From a virus (taxonomy: Duplodnaviria; Caudoviricetes): DNA of 37,873 nt. The stretch covers positions 1 through 37,873 of the IMG/VR virus record IMGVR_UViG_3300030372_004539. The stretch is one strand, 5' to 3'. The notes under the pieces were generated by a model. The model saw only the letters and a program-made list of their open reading frames with translations. It searched no databases and had not been told where the DNA came from. The position numbers and the translations under genes are program-made. Below are positions 6,264 to 16,914 of the stretch, one piece after another; position 1 is the stretch's first letter, and the number at the start of each line of letters is the position of its first letter.

Positions 6264-7852
6264 TGGACCAAAGGCTAGAGCAGGAGATATCCAGATGCGC
6301 CACAGACTTCCGCTATTTTTGCCAGCACCTGAGCATCGTGGACAAGAAGGGCCGCATGATCCCCTTCACCATGAACGAGGCTCAAGAGAAGTTTGTCTCG
6401 CATGTGGAGGAGAACCCATGGACCTACATTCTCAAAGCACGCCAGCTTGGAATGACGACCATGATCGCCGCCAGGTTCTTCTGGCGGGCGCTGTTCACCC
6501 CCAACTTCAGGGTGGGTGTTCTTGCTCACAGAACAGAGTCTGCACAAGCGATATTTGAGATATACAAGAGGTTCTATGAAAACCTTCCTGCGTTTCTCAA
6601 GTTCCCTACTGAGAAGGCTAACGTTCGCGAGCTATCTTTCTTCCACGGTGGATATATCCGCGTTACTACGGCAAACTCTGAGAACTTCCGTGGAACGACC
6701 TACCAAGCCCTCCACTGCTCAGAGTTCGCGTTCTGGGGAGATGTAGAGAGAGCTATCGCCTCTGCGTTCCAGACAGCCGGCCCAAACGCCGAGATATACC
6801 TGGAAACCACAGCCAACGGCATGAACGATGCCCACAGGCTATGGCGAGACCAGAGCGGGTTTGCAAAGCTTTTCTTCCCCTGGATGGATGACTCGGCCTA
6901 TGTGGCCAGCAAGCCCAAGGGTGGGCTAAACCCTAAGATTAAAGAATACGCCAAAGAGTTCGGGCTAACAGAAAAGCAGGCCAACTGGGCGCATAACACT
7001 TACATGTCTAAGTGTATGGGAAACTGGAATACGTTCCTCCAAGAGTACCCAGCCACAGCAGAGCAGGCCTTCATATCTAGCGGTGAGACCTTCTTCGACA
7101 CGGTGTATCCACATGTTCAACTAGAGCGCGGATACAGGAACTACATTAAGCCATCTAAGTTCCGTGTGTACTCTCTCGGTGTTGACGTTGCGTCTGGCTC
7201 TCCATCTGGAGACTTCTCGTCGTTCTGCGTTATGGACGTAACAGACAAGAAGGCCCCAACCGTTTGCTCAACCTTCTACGAGAGGATGCCGCCTCATGCG
7301 TTCTCTGAGCGGGTAAGGATGGAGGCTATTAAGTACAACGCCCTAGTGGTGGTGGAGTCCAACTCATACGGGCTCTCCGTTCTTGAGCACCTTATGGGCA
7401 ATAGTTACGCCTATATCTTCAAGCGCACCCAATACGACAAGATGGCTGAGAGGTGGGTTGAGAAGGTTGGGTTCTCCACCAACGTCTCTACAAGACCGGT
7501 GATGCTGTCGAGGCTTCATGAATACATATCAAAGAAGTGGCTTGTGCCTACTGATGATAGAATGAAGTTTGAGATGAATACGTTTATCTACAACGACAGA
7601 GGCAAGCCAGAGGCCGCTCCTAAGAAGCACGATGACATGATCTTCGCCTATGCGCTGACGCTTATGGGGCTCGACCAAATCGAGCAAGTCAAAGATGACG
7701 TTCAGTCCACAAGGCCCAGTAATCTGCGCGAGATGTTGCAGTTTGAACTAAACACTGGCAAGGTCTTCAAGAAAGCGGACGCCAAAAAGAACACCGATAG
7801 GTGGGGAGTTCCGCTGTCAATGCCTTCTCTGATGGATACATCAGGGTCGTAA
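6263..7852 (+). CDS. terL: Terminase large subunit
   Basis: ILKARQLGMTT Walker A, LHCSEFAFW Walker B, ETTANG coupling motif, nuclease GVDVASG..GDFS and HDD. Confidence 0.95.
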   Translation: MDQRLEQEISRCATDFRYFCQHLSIVDKKGRMIPFTMNEAQEKFVSHVEENPWTYILKARQLGMTTMIAARFFWRALFTPNFRVGVLAHRTESAQAIFEIYKRFYENLPAFLKFPTEKANVRELSFFHGGYIRVTTANSENFRGTTYQALHCSEFAFWGDVERAIASAFQTAGPNAEIYLETTANGMNDAHRLWRDQSGFAKLFFPWMDDSAYVASKPKGGLNPKIKEYAKEFGLTEKQANWAHNTYMSKCMGNWNTFLQEYPATAEQAFISSGETFFDTVYPHVQLERGYRNYIKPSKFRVYSLGVDVASGSPSGDFSSFCVMDVTDKKAPTVCSTFYERMPPHAFSERVRMEAIKYNALVVVESNSYGLSVLEHLMGNSYAYIFKRTQYDKMAERWVEKVGFSTNVSTRPVMLSRLHEYISKKWLVPTDDRMKFEMNTFIYNDRGKPEAAPKKHDDMIFAYALTLMGLDQIEQVKDDVQSTRPSNLREMLQFELNTGKVFKKADAKKNTDRWGVPLSMPSLMDTSGS

Positions 7853-7886
7853 TAACCCGCCCATGTGGCGTTAAAAGGAGAGTGCT

Positions 7887-8747
7887 ATGGGTTTTCTTAA
7901 TGATGAAGAGGTTGGTGCGCTAGGTGACTTTCTCGCTAGTGAGGAGGACTTCACCGAAGAGCAGCAGCCTGAGTTAGAAGCCCAGCAAGATTCGTCCGAG
8001 CCCGCTGAGGACGTTAACCAAGAGGCGGAGGCTGGAGAAGTAGAGGCGCAAGGGGAGCCGGAATCCGAGGTGGCTGACAGCGCCGCCCAGGATGACGACC
8101 CCACCCCGGGCCACCGTGTCCCGTACGACCGGTTCAAACAGGTTGTCGAAGCTCGCAATGCTTACAAGGATGAGATCTCTCATATGCGTGAGCAAATGCA
8201 GCAGCTTCAAGAACAGTTTGATGCGCGCCAACAAGCTCCAGTGGCACCCGCCAAGCAAGAGCCCCAGGATGAAAACGAGGCGTGGTTACAGTCGGTGATC
8301 AACGACGACGACCCAGCCTCTAAGGCCTACGCTCAGCAGTTCCAGACCATGGAGGACCGCATGTACCAGCAAGAGGTGCAGATGGCCCGATATGATCTTG
8401 AGGCTGAGGTCGCAGAAGCGAGCCAGGCCTTCCCAGGGGTTCCGCGCCAGGTGATGCTACAGGCTGTAGCGAATGACCCTAATGTGTCAGCCTTGGAGGT
8501 TGCTGAGGGGTACTCGGCTTTTGTTGCCCAGGTAGAGGAGGCCGCGCTGGCCGACTATATCGCAAACAACGGAATGCCAGAAACCCAGCAGCAATCGGCA
8601 GAGCCCCAAGCAGAAGAGGTAAGACGACCGGCGAGGGCCGGGGCAACTGTCGACTCGACTGCCCAGGAGGCAAAGCAGCCCTCTAGTGTTAAAGAGGGTT
8701 CCGAGATGCTCAGGGCATTCATGAAGAGTAGCAACCCGTTTATTTAG
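7887..8747 (+). CDS. Capsid scaffolding protein
   Basis: Acidic disordered N-terminus, VPYDRFKQV motif, coiled coil, immediately upstream of the capsid gene. Confidence 0.75.
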   Translation: MGFLNDEEVGALGDFLASEEDFTEEQQPELEAQQDSSEPAEDVNQEAEAGEVEAQGEPESEVADSAAQDDDPTPGHRVPYDRFKQVVEARNAYKDEISHMREQMQQLQEQFDARQQAPVAPAKQEPQDENEAWLQSVINDDDPASKAYAQQFQTMEDRMYQQEVQMARYDLEAEVAEASQAFPGVPRQVMLQAVANDPNVSALEVAEGYSAFVAQVEEAALADYIANNGMPETQQQSAEPQAEEVRRPARAGATVDSTAQEAKQPSSVKEGSEMLRAFMKSSNPFI

Positions 8748-8759
8748 GAGTAATGCCTT

Positions 8760-10142
8760 ATGGCAGCAAATCAATCAACTCTTTCAGCAATCCTGAAGGA
8801 GTTCTATCTTGGACCCGTACAAGAGCAGCTTAACAATGAGATGCTCATTCTTCAGACCATGGAAAAGTCTACTGTAGACTGGAATGGTCGAGTCGCTATT
8901 ATCCCAGTTCATATCGCCCGTAACCGCGATCCTGTCACTGGTGCTAGCGGCGTTGCTTTTGCGGCTGAGGGCGGCACGCTGCCGACCGCTGGTGCTCAGG
9001 GCTATGCTCGCCTTGAGGTTAACGCCCGCTTCCTCTATGGCCGATTCCAGATTACTGGACCTGCCATGTCGGCTGCTGGCAAGGGTGGTGCAAACTCGTT
9101 CATTGGCTGGATGGATGCCGAGATGAACAAGCTTGTCACCGACGTTAAGGACACTGCTGACCGCAACATGATTAGCGGTGGTCGATGCTGTGGCTTCATC
9201 AACGAGCGACACAACAACGGCGCTGCGGCGACGTATGAGTTCTTCGGCGATGTTGCAAAGCTTGAGGCTGCTCGCGCTGCCGCTGCGGCTACTGCTGGTG
9301 CTCCTGAGCTTCGCGTTGATATTGTCCGCATGGACACGTACTTCGCGAACCTAAACGGGGCCGGAACCGCGTTCCTTAGCATTGCTAGCACCGATGCTAC
9401 TGCTGGCACCTTCACCGCTGGCGCTGGCGCTGCTGGCACAATGGACCTGTCGGCTCTGCCGGCTGGTGTTGCGTGCGCTGTTATCGTCTCGACGGTGCAG
9501 GACACGGTGGCGGCTGCTACGGCCTTGTCGTACCTCGACGACGAGCCTCTCGGAGTCTTCGGCAACATTGGTCTTCAGTCTCACTTCGGCGTTGACCGAA
9601 CGACGGCTGGCGCTGGTGTTACCGGGCAGGACACGCTCCAGTCGACGGTTGTCACGCAGAACGTTGGTACCGGTGGTGCAGGCGCGGGTGATCGTGCTGA
9701 TATCAGCCTGACTCGAATCCAGGGTGTCTTGGATGAGGTTCTGGTTGTGTCTGGCAAGGAGCCTAACGTCATCTTTATGAACCCGGTTCAGCGTCAGAAG
9801 TACGCTGCTCTGTTCCAGCTTACGGCGGCAGGCACCTCTGCTGTCATGAACGTGAACGGCGAAAAGTCGACCACGCTCAATGGCGGGTTCTCTGGGTTGG
9901 CTTACGGCGCTCTGCCTATCAAGACTTCTCGTCACGTCCCGAACGGAGGAATGATCTTCCTTCGCACGGACACCTGGAAGATTCTTGAGCTTGAGGCTCA
10001 TGCGTTTGCTGATATCGACGGAGACGTTCTCCTTCGAGTTCAGAACCAGGATTCGTATGAGGGCTACTACCGATGGTATTACAATACCGTTTGTACGAAC
10101 CCGAACCAGAACGCGATTCTGGCAGGCCTCACGCTGGTCTAA
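8760..10142 (+). CDS. Major capsid protein (HK97 fold)
   Basis: 460 aa; LKEFYLGPVQEQLN N-terminus, AEGGTLPTAG, strong codon bias, position after scaffold, AGGAG RBS. Confidence 0.85.
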   Translation: MAANQSTLSAILKEFYLGPVQEQLNNEMLILQTMEKSTVDWNGRVAIIPVHIARNRDPVTGASGVAFAAEGGTLPTAGAQGYARLEVNARFLYGRFQITGPAMSAAGKGGANSFIGWMDAEMNKLVTDVKDTADRNMISGGRCCGFINERHNNGAAATYEFFGDVAKLEAARAAAAATAGAPELRVDIVRMDTYFANLNGAGTAFLSIASTDATAGTFTAGAGAAGTMDLSALPAGVACAVIVSTVQDTVAAATALSYLDDEPLGVFGNIGLQSHFGVDRTTAGAGVTGQDTLQSTVVTQNVGTGGAGAGDRADISLTRIQGVLDEVLVVSGKEPNVIFMNPVQRQKYAALFQLTAAGTSAVMNVNGEKSTTLNGGFSGLAYGALPIKTSRHVPNGGMIFLRTDTWKILELEAHAFADIDGDVLLRVQNQDSYEGYYRWYYNTVCTNPNQNAILAGLTLV

Positions 10143-10166
10143 ACCCTCTGCGTAGCGGAGATTAAA

Positions 10167-10370
10167 GTGCAAGACGTCCTCATGTTGTGCCTGCTCACCC
10201 TGGCTATCGTGGGGGCGTCTTGTCTTTTTTTGCTCTGCAAGTTGATCGTCTTGAAGATTGAGAGGGAGAAGCGGGAGATCAAGGCCATTGATGACTATGC
10301 GTCTACAGTGGACAGGGCTCCCATCTTGGATGTGATATACGGGGAGGAGGGTTATAATGCAGGATCCTAG
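10167..10370 (+). CDS. Small membrane protein
   Basis: One hydrophobic helix followed by a charged tail; GGAG RBS and GTG start. Confidence 0.6.
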   Translation: MQDVLMLCLLTLAIVGASCLFLLCKLIVLKIEREKREIKAIDDYASTVDRAPILDVIYGEEGYNAGS

Positions 10371-10647
10371 ATCGTTCGCAGCGCAGGGAATGCTTAATGC
10401 GCCGCTTAGTCGCGCGTCCGCCCCTCAGTCTAGGAACAAGCTTGGCGAAATGCTTGGCACGGCGGCTAATGTTGGATTGCAGGCGGCTGGCGGTGCGTTT
10501 GGTAGCCAGGCTCAAGACTTTCTTATGGGGAAGATCTTCGGGTCTAGGAACCCCAAGCTACAGGCGGCAGCGCAGGACAATCAGCTTCTTAAAGATCGCC
10601 TGTGGGCCCAGATGAACTGGAACAAAGATGTTATGGGTGGCACTTAA
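10357..10647 (+). CDS. Hypothetical protein (Gly/Ala/Gln-rich, possibly virion)
   Basis: 96-aa ORF with GGAGGAGG RBS. Confidence 0.65.
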   Translation: MQDPRSFAAQGMLNAPLSRASAPQSRNKLGEMLGTAANVGLQAAGGAFGSQAQDFLMGKIFGSRNPKLQAAAQDNQLLKDRLWAQMNWNKDVMGGT

Positions 10648-10649
10648 TA

Positions 10650-12578
10650 ATGGAAGGCTTCCCCCAAAACATCGGTGGCATTATCACCGAGTCTAAGAGC
10701 GAGAAGACCTCCGAGCGCCGACTTTGGGATCTATCCCTGAAGTTCGTAGAGGGCAGGCAGTGGCTGTCTTACGACAAGAACATCAGCCAGTTTGTCACCT
10801 CGCGTATGAACGCTGAGTCGCAGTCTCGTGTTACGGTTAACCTGCTGCTCAACATTTACCGGAACGTTTTGTCTCGGCTTGCTTTGTCGTACCCGTCGAT
10901 AGCCGTAATGCCGGCCTCGCCTTCAGCTGAGGATGTGTTTAAGGCCAAGTCTAGCGAGATGGCCTTGCAGTATTACTGGCACCGGGCTGACATGAAGCAT
11001 GAGATTGAGAAGCTTATTAAGTGGCTTCTTACCTGTGGGACTGCGGCCACCCACACATACTTCTCCTCCGACGAGAGCAACATCGTTACTGAGGTGTACG
11101 GGGCGTACGACATCTTCTTTGAGAAGGGCGTAATCCATCCTAACGATAGCCGATGGGTTGGCCTTCGGTCGTACTCTACCAAGCGGGAGTTGAAGAAGGT
11201 CTACCCTGAGCACGCAGAGGAGATTGAGCGGTCGTCTTTGCCGGACTCTGAGAACTACGGTCTTATTAGTTCTGGCACCACTAACGAGCCTCCCAAGGAT
11301 AGGGTTGAGGTTATTGAGGTGTATTGGCGAGACGGTCGCCATGCTATCGTTACTGGCAGCACTTATCTGCATAAGGGCAAGTGGACTACCAAGACGTTCC
11401 CTGTTCAGATCTACAGATACACTGAGGTTCCTCGTCGTCTCTGGGGCCTCTCTATGGTTGCCCCTGCGTTGGACTTGCAGTTGCTTTACAACCGGGCACG
11501 CTCCCAGGTTATCCACAACGTTGAGCTTATGGGTAATCCCAAGTGGTTGATTCCCAAGACCGCTGGCGTTAGCTCTCAGGCGCTGACCTCGCGTCCCGGC
11601 GAGAAGATCTACTACAACCCCGCAGGCGGGGCACCTCAGCAAATTGCAGCAGCCCCACTGCCTGGCTATATGCTGGATAACATCTCACGCATTCAGTCAG
11701 AGATGATGGACACCGTTGGTATTCACTCTGTGACTCTTGGCAAGAGAGCGGTTGGAGTCACCTCTGGCAAGGCTATGACAACCCTTTCAGAGAAAGACAC
11801 TAGCCAGCTTCAGATCACACAAGAGGCCATTGAGCGCGGTGTGACTGAGTTGGGCCGGCTTGTTCTTGAGTTGATGAAGAAGCACTACTCCGAGGACAGG
11901 ATGATTCGCATTCTGGACCAGTACGGGCAGGTGACCTTTAAGGCCTTGAAGAACACAGACATTGTGGACAAGCCGGAGATCTTCCTCCAGGCCGGCTCCC
12001 TATTTAGGGACGAGGCTCAGGATAGAGATGCCAAGGTTATGCAGCTTCTTGAGATGGGCCTTATTGAGAAGGAAGACGCGCTCCAGGAGCTTAGCTTCCG
12101 AACTGGGAACAAGAACGTGTCTGAGAGGGCACAGGCTATCGGACATGCTCAAGACATGCTCGATGCTGTTAAGATGGGTGGTCAGATTGAGATCTTCGCA
12201 TCGGATGATATCGATACCTTTAAGAAGGTCTTTGGAGAATTTGTCAGAACCTCAGAGTTCTACGAGTTGCCTCCGCCGACCCAGGAATACTTGCGGGATG
12301 TACTGGTATCTATCGCGACAGCCGAGGCTCCTCAGGAAGAGCATGAGGGGGCTTTGGCGTCCCAGAAGATCTTCCCACGCACCTCTCCCCAGGCTGACCC
12401 ATCCTCAATTGCGAGGACGATAGCATCTCCTGCATCCCAGGGCGCACAGGCTCAGATCGCCCAAGAGCAGGCAGCTAAGCAGCAGGCTATTGGAAGTATG
12501 GCCAGCGCAGAGCGCATGATGACGCGAAGGTCAGAAGGAAACATGTCTAACATTAGGCAGGGCGGAGGTATTCTCTAG
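10650..12578 (+). CDS. Portal protein
   Basis: ~640 aa; YTEVPRRLWGLSMV..ALDLQLLYNR..SQ, SGKA motif and Gln-rich C-terminal barrel as in P22-like portals; start moved to ATG 10650. Confidence 0.85.
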   Translation: MEGFPQNIGGIITESKSEKTSERRLWDLSLKFVEGRQWLSYDKNISQFVTSRMNAESQSRVTVNLLLNIYRNVLSRLALSYPSIAVMPASPSAEDVFKAKSSEMALQYYWHRADMKHEIEKLIKWLLTCGTAATHTYFSSDESNIVTEVYGAYDIFFEKGVIHPNDSRWVGLRSYSTKRELKKVYPEHAEEIERSSLPDSENYGLISSGTTNEPPKDRVEVIEVYWRDGRHAIVTGSTYLHKGKWTTKTFPVQIYRYTEVPRRLWGLSMVAPALDLQLLYNRARSQVIHNVELMGNPKWLIPKTAGVSSQALTSRPGEKIYYNPAGGAPQQIAAAPLPGYMLDNISRIQSEMMDTVGIHSVTLGKRAVGVTSGKAMTTLSEKDTSQLQITQEAIERGVTELGRLVLELMKKHYSEDRMIRILDQYGQVTFKALKNTDIVDKPEIFLQAGSLFRDEAQDRDAKVMQLLEMGLIEKEDALQELSFRTGNKNVSERAQAIGHAQDMLDAVKMGGQIEIFASDDIDTFKKVFGEFVRTSEFYELPPPTQEYLRDVLVSIATAEAPQEEHEGALASQKIFPRTSPQADPSSIARTIASPASQGAQAQIAQEQAAKQQAIGSMASAERMMTRRSEGNMSNIRQGGGIL

Positions 12579-13261
12579 TGGCAACCACGGACTACATTGC
12601 TAATGTTCTTCGGACCTACATCGACGAGCCTGACCAGACGTTTGTCGACAACGCCCTTCTGACCAGGTTTTTGCAGATTGGCTATCAAGAGTTTAGGAAC
12701 CGGGTCATGCAGTGTGATCCAAACATCTACGCCACTCAGGCCGTCTACACCCTGAACAACACAACTAGCCTTGACCTGACCACTACCAACCCAGACGGAG
12801 CAGCTACTCCCATCCTTGGCCCAACGTCTGTCAACGGGTCACAGCTAGAGATGCTAATTGCTATCTACCGCCAAGAGAGCAACTCCGCTATCCCAGCTAG
12901 GATTCTAAACCAGGTCCAAAATGTTCAGGCACTAGAGGCGACAAACAACTCGTTCTTCTTTTCTAACAATAGCGTGACGTTCTCGTACAGAATTAGCGGA
13001 ACCATAAGAGTCTCTTACGTTCCATCTGCCAACGTAGACTGGACCGCCGCTGGTGGGTACATCGACGACATGACCCTGTTCCACGATCTAATCGCTCTGT
13101 ATGCGTATAAGCAGTATGCTATTGTTGATGCAGCAGAGAATGGGCCGTTGATCTCCCAGCTAGGGAAGAGGGAGTCAGAGTTCATGCAGTATCTGACATC
13201 GAGAACAACGGGTGGGCCCAACTACGTTCAGGATGTTACGTCGTCTATCTTGTTCTTGTAG
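12578..13261 (+). CDS. Head-tail adaptor / connector protein
   Basis: Size, position after portal, helical N-terminus (LRTYIDEP...LTRFLQIGYQEF) and FHDLIALYA motif. Confidence 0.65.
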   Translation: MATTDYIANVLRTYIDEPDQTFVDNALLTRFLQIGYQEFRNRVMQCDPNIYATQAVYTLNNTTSLDLTTTNPDGAATPILGPTSVNGSQLEMLIAIYRQESNSAIPARILNQVQNVQALEATNNSFFFSNNSVTFSYRISGTIRVSYVPSANVDWTAAGGYIDDMTLFHDLIALYAYKQYAIVDAAENGPLISQLGKRESEFMQYLTSRTTGGPNYVQDVTSSILFL

Positions 13262-13270
13262 GAGTCGCTA

Positions 13271-16200
13271 ATGGCCGTTAGGGGTCGAGAGGTAGAGGGA
13301 ATAGCCGGCGGCATTGAGGCGGCTTCTACGGTAAAGGGCGCGTTCAACCAGAACATGATCTTTCGCCGCATGTCGGCAGAAACTAGAGAGGGCTTTGGCC
13401 AGGTTGTAGAGCTTGATACAACCATGAACGCCATCGACTGGGAGGCCGTAGCAGGCTCCGTATTCCCAAACGCTGATGAGCTATGGGGATACAAGAACCA
13501 TCTTGGGTCTTACTTGATGAACACATCCAACGGCCACAAGCAGGTCGTGAGCGTGTTCTCTGCAAACGTCAGGACCGGGGATAGGCAGTTTGAAAAAACA
13601 AACCCTATTGGTTCTACCCCGTCCTCTATCGGCGAGTTTACCTCGATCTATATCGTGTCGATCTACGACCTGACCACAGACCAAAGGTGGGAAGAGCCCA
13701 TCTATGATCACACATCTTCCTTCTCCCCTGGCGGCTCCCTCGATATGCCCGACTGGCACGGGAACTATGAGTCGTCATACGAGCAGCAGTTCATTCGAAC
13801 AAACACGGGGTCTGCAACTTACGGCTCTTATTTTGGCGGGGCGTATGTGCTTACCGCCGACTACCAAAAGTGGGTGCATTCCCCAACCCCTGACTCCCCC
13901 TTCTTCTTCACAGAGCTAGACGACGTTCTGTACTTTGGCAACAAGCACACGGGCCTACTTGCGTATTACCCCTCTTCCTTTAGAGGCAAATGGCTTGGGG
14001 ATGGGGAGTCTAAGAACTACGGCACCATGCGGAGGGACAGGTCTCGCCAGGCAGAGACGGTAAGGTTTTTAACCGCCAAGTCTGTTTACTCTGAATCATC
14101 CGTTGTTGTTGATGCCATAGCTGTTAATGGGGCCTTTGATGGCTTTGAGTATCTCACTCAGACTGAGTACCCCAAGCCAGTTGGCGCAACATCTATAGAC
14201 GCAAGGCTGGCGGTGTTCTCCGGCAAGGAGATCTACTTCTCTGATGTCCTATACCCAACCAGCGTTGTTCCAGATAACGTGCTGTTTGTTCCCTCAGAGG
14301 AAGACATCACGGCCATAGCCGAGCACACCGGCAACCTGATTATCTTTACAGAGAACGAGACGTGGCTGTTTAGGCCTTCTCCAGGCTTTATTATTACTGG
14401 CGGCAATCTGGTCCGCCTTGCTGACGGCATAGGCTGCGCGTCTATGACCTCTGTCCTTAAAGCGTCTGGCACCCTGTTCTGGATGGACAAGCGCGGTTGC
14501 TACCGTCTTGGCGGAAGTCTTTCAATTGAGAGGATCTCCGACGACATAGAGCCGTTCTTCAATGACTTTATTACCAACCCGCTAACAAGCTACTACACCA
14601 CCCTTAACGGGATGCCCGCATACAGCGACATGATCGAGCAAGGCTCTATGCGCTTGCGGTTTGACCCCAAGATGGTTAGCTCCTGCTATTTTGCAAAGAT
14701 AGAGAGTGTTGTCTTTTGTATCCCAGAGATGGGCGGCGCTCTTTGTTTTAGCTCTAAGGGAGAGTGGGGCTGGTGGTCCTTTGAGAGCAACGCTGTCCAA
14801 AGGTACAACGCGGGCAACTTCGAGAACGTCGTAGGAGTGGCCAAAAACATTAGGAACCCCTGGGTTGTGTGTGACAACCAGGAGATGTTCTTGGTTAGCT
14901 CGTATAACCAGGACGAGCAGGGCGAGAGGGTTAACCAGGTAGGATACGTCGACACTGGGGATAACCGCCAAACAAGGTCCAGGCCTTACTCCATCCTTAG
15001 ATACGGAAGGGGAGGGTCGTTAGACAGGAGCCTTGAGCTTGGCGAAGACAGGCGGTCTTTGGCTGGGCAGTGGAGGTCTGTTGACGAGGGCACCACTTAC
15101 GCCAGCAACAGCGACCACTACTTGTATATAGGCAAGCCAATTCCCATTCCCTCTCAGACGACAATTGGGACCGTTGGAGGATCTCTATCCTTGGCCACGC
15201 CTCAGGGCTCTGTCTGGGTTCCTATCGAGATAATCCCCGGAGACAGAGACGCTGCCGGGGCAGCGATTGACTACCATCTGCACAACCTAACGCTGACCTT
15301 TTCGTTCGACTCTACTAACTGGGAGACTATCCCTGCTGGTGCTGGTCCACAGGTTGGCGGTGGGTCTGAGCCCCTTTGGTTCCTGCCGCCTGAGAGGCAG
15401 TCTATGGAGGCTGGGTGGCAAGTCCTTAAGACTCTGGCGAACACGGTGTCTATCTCTTACGACGGGGCCACCCCTACAACAAACAGGCCCGTGTTTGGAT
15501 CTGCCCCTCTCAACCTCAACAAGCGTCAGCGCAACAGGGTGATTTACATTCCCTTTAGGCCAAAGCTTAACGGAGGCGTCTACGCTGCCGAGCAAGGCAT
15601 GAGCATCCAGATATCTACCAAGGATATCCGGGCAATCACCGCCGCCTCTACGTTTGACAGCTACATCCCAATGCGCGCCTATATATGGGAGGAGACAAGG
15701 CTTGGGGTCGCCGAGAAGGGGAACAACCACCAGTCCGTCTATGTGGCTACAAGCACCACTCCTCACACAGAGCTTGTGGCTCAGCCAGTTGACTGGGCGT
15801 ACAAGACTAGGCCCATTGCCGATGAGGGCAAGACCCAGATTAAGGGGCGGGGCTTGAGGATTATTGGAGCGTCGAGAGGCGCTGCCTCTGATCGGCTTAT
15901 ATCCACATGGCCTACTGGTCTTCTGAACACAATATCAGGAGCGGACTACAAAGAGTGGTCGTCACAGGTGGTAGATATTATCCCTGAAGATGACGCGGCA
16001 AACACTAGTGGCGAGAAGCCTGCGGTTGTTCTGTCCTCAAACAAGCAAACGATAAGGACTAGGTTTAAGAACGCGTCCACGGGCGCTCTCGTTGGCAACA
16101 CGTTTAACACAACAAACGGCCCAACGTGGGGCACGCCTGGGGTGGCAAACTCTTACACCTACATAACAGATGAGGAGGAGACTTCTCTTCTTAGTGTTAG

Positions 16201-16333
16201 CGATGGCATTAGGGGTCAGTCGGTAAGCTACATGATGTGGGGGCACATCCAGAACAAGGCGGAGAAGATCATCCTTCACTCTGCCAAGGTAATTGTAAGA
16301 ATCTTGGGAGGCGTTAGGAGGCGAGGTCGATGA
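13271..16333 (+). CDS. Tail nozzle / tubular protein B-like (beta-propeller)
   Basis: 1020 aa; IYFSD..YP, ITAIAE, LIIFTE, GIGC, LFWMDKRG, ISDDIEP motifs typical of podovirus nozzle/stabilisation proteins. Confidence 0.72.
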   Translation: MAVRGREVEGIAGGIEAASTVKGAFNQNMIFRRMSAETREGFGQVVELDTTMNAIDWEAVAGSVFPNADELWGYKNHLGSYLMNTSNGHKQVVSVFSANVRTGDRQFEKTNPIGSTPSSIGEFTSIYIVSIYDLTTDQRWEEPIYDHTSSFSPGGSLDMPDWHGNYESSYEQQFIRTNTGSATYGSYFGGAYVLTADYQKWVHSPTPDSPFFFTELDDVLYFGNKHTGLLAYYPSSFRGKWLGDGESKNYGTMRRDRSRQAETVRFLTAKSVYSESSVVVDAIAVNGAFDGFEYLTQTEYPKPVGATSIDARLAVFSGKEIYFSDVLYPTSVVPDNVLFVPSEEDITAIAEHTGNLIIFTENETWLFRPSPGFIITGGNLVRLADGIGCASMTSVLKASGTLFWMDKRGCYRLGGSLSIERISDDIEPFFNDFITNPLTSYYTTLNGMPAYSDMIEQGSMRLRFDPKMVSSCYFAKIESVVFCIPEMGGALCFSSKGEWGWWSFESNAVQRYNAGNFENVVGVAKNIRNPWVVCDNQEMFLVSSYNQDEQGERVNQVGYVDTGDNRQTRSRPYSILRYGRGGSLDRSLELGEDRRSLAGQWRSVDEGTTYASNSDHYLYIGKPIPIPSQTTIGTVGGSLSLATPQGSVWVPIEIIPGDRDAAGAAIDYHLHNLTLTFSFDSTNWETIPAGAGPQVGGGSEPLWFLPPERQSMEAGWQVLKTLANTVSISYDGATPTTNRPVFGSAPLNLNKRQRNRVIYIPFRPKLNGGVYAAEQGMSIQISTKDIRAITAASTFDSYIPMRAYIWEETRLGVAEKGNNHQSVYVATSTTPHTELVAQPVDWAYKTRPIADEGKTQIKGRGLRIIGASRGAASDRLISTWPTGLLNTISGADYKEWSSQVVDIIPEDDAANTSGEKPAVVLSSNKQTIRTRFKNASTGALVGNTFNTTNGPTWGTPGVANSYTYITDEEETSLLSVSDGIRGQSVSYMMWGHIQNKAEKIILHSAKVIVRILGGVRRRGR

Positions 16334-16914
16334 GCGAGAGGGAGATCATCGACGTTGAGGCAAACACCGGCTCAGACCTCAACCAAAGAACTAGAGAGTC
16401 TAGCCTTGATCAGCTGGCCAACCTTGCGTGGAACCGCAACGGCGATCCTGTTAAGCAGATCAAGAAGTCTTTTAACGTGGCTAGGCTTGGATCTGAGTCC
16501 AGGCCGTTTACTGCAGACAAGGACTTTACGTCCATGTTTGGCTCTCCATCTTCCATTAAGACAGTCAAGACCTCTTCCATATCAAAGGACGCAACAATTA
16601 ACGGTGTTGAGTTTGTTGGCACCGACGACAACTCAAAGGTAACCCAGGTACACGTAAGCGGAGGCGCGACGGCTGTCTTTATTGGGTGCACCTTCAGAAG
16701 GCAGTCGACTGGATCTGGAGCAAACATGGTTGAGGTTGATAGTGATTCTTTTGCTATCTTTCTTGGGTGTAGGTTTATCAACGGGGTATACCCTATACTC
16801 AACAACGCGGTGGTCGGGTCTGTGTTTGTTATTGGCTCCGTTAAGTCAAACGTTAGCGGCGGGCAGTACCACAACGCATCCGGCAATGCGGTTACCCTGC
16901 TGGGGTCATTCTAA
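16330..16914 (+). CDS. Putative tail protein with short right-handed beta-helix
   Basis: Repeating AVFIGCTF / AIFLGCRF / VFVIGS units. Confidence 0.55.
   Translation: MSEREIIDVEANTGSDLNQRTRESSLDQLANLAWNRNGDPVKQIKKSFNVARLGSESRPFTADKDFTSMFGSPSSIKTVKTSSISKDATINGVEFVGTDDNSKVTQVHVSGGATAVFIGCTFRRQSTGSGANMVEVDSDSFAIFLGCRFINGVYPILNNAVVGSVFVIGSVKSNVSGGQYHNASGNAVTLLGSF

Noticed and set aside
9035-10172. Long antisense ORFs (9035..9568, 9351..10172) opposite the capsid gene, and similar ones opposite the portal and tail genes
   Set aside because: Expected shadows of strong codon bias in the sense genes; no RBS or protein-like motifs
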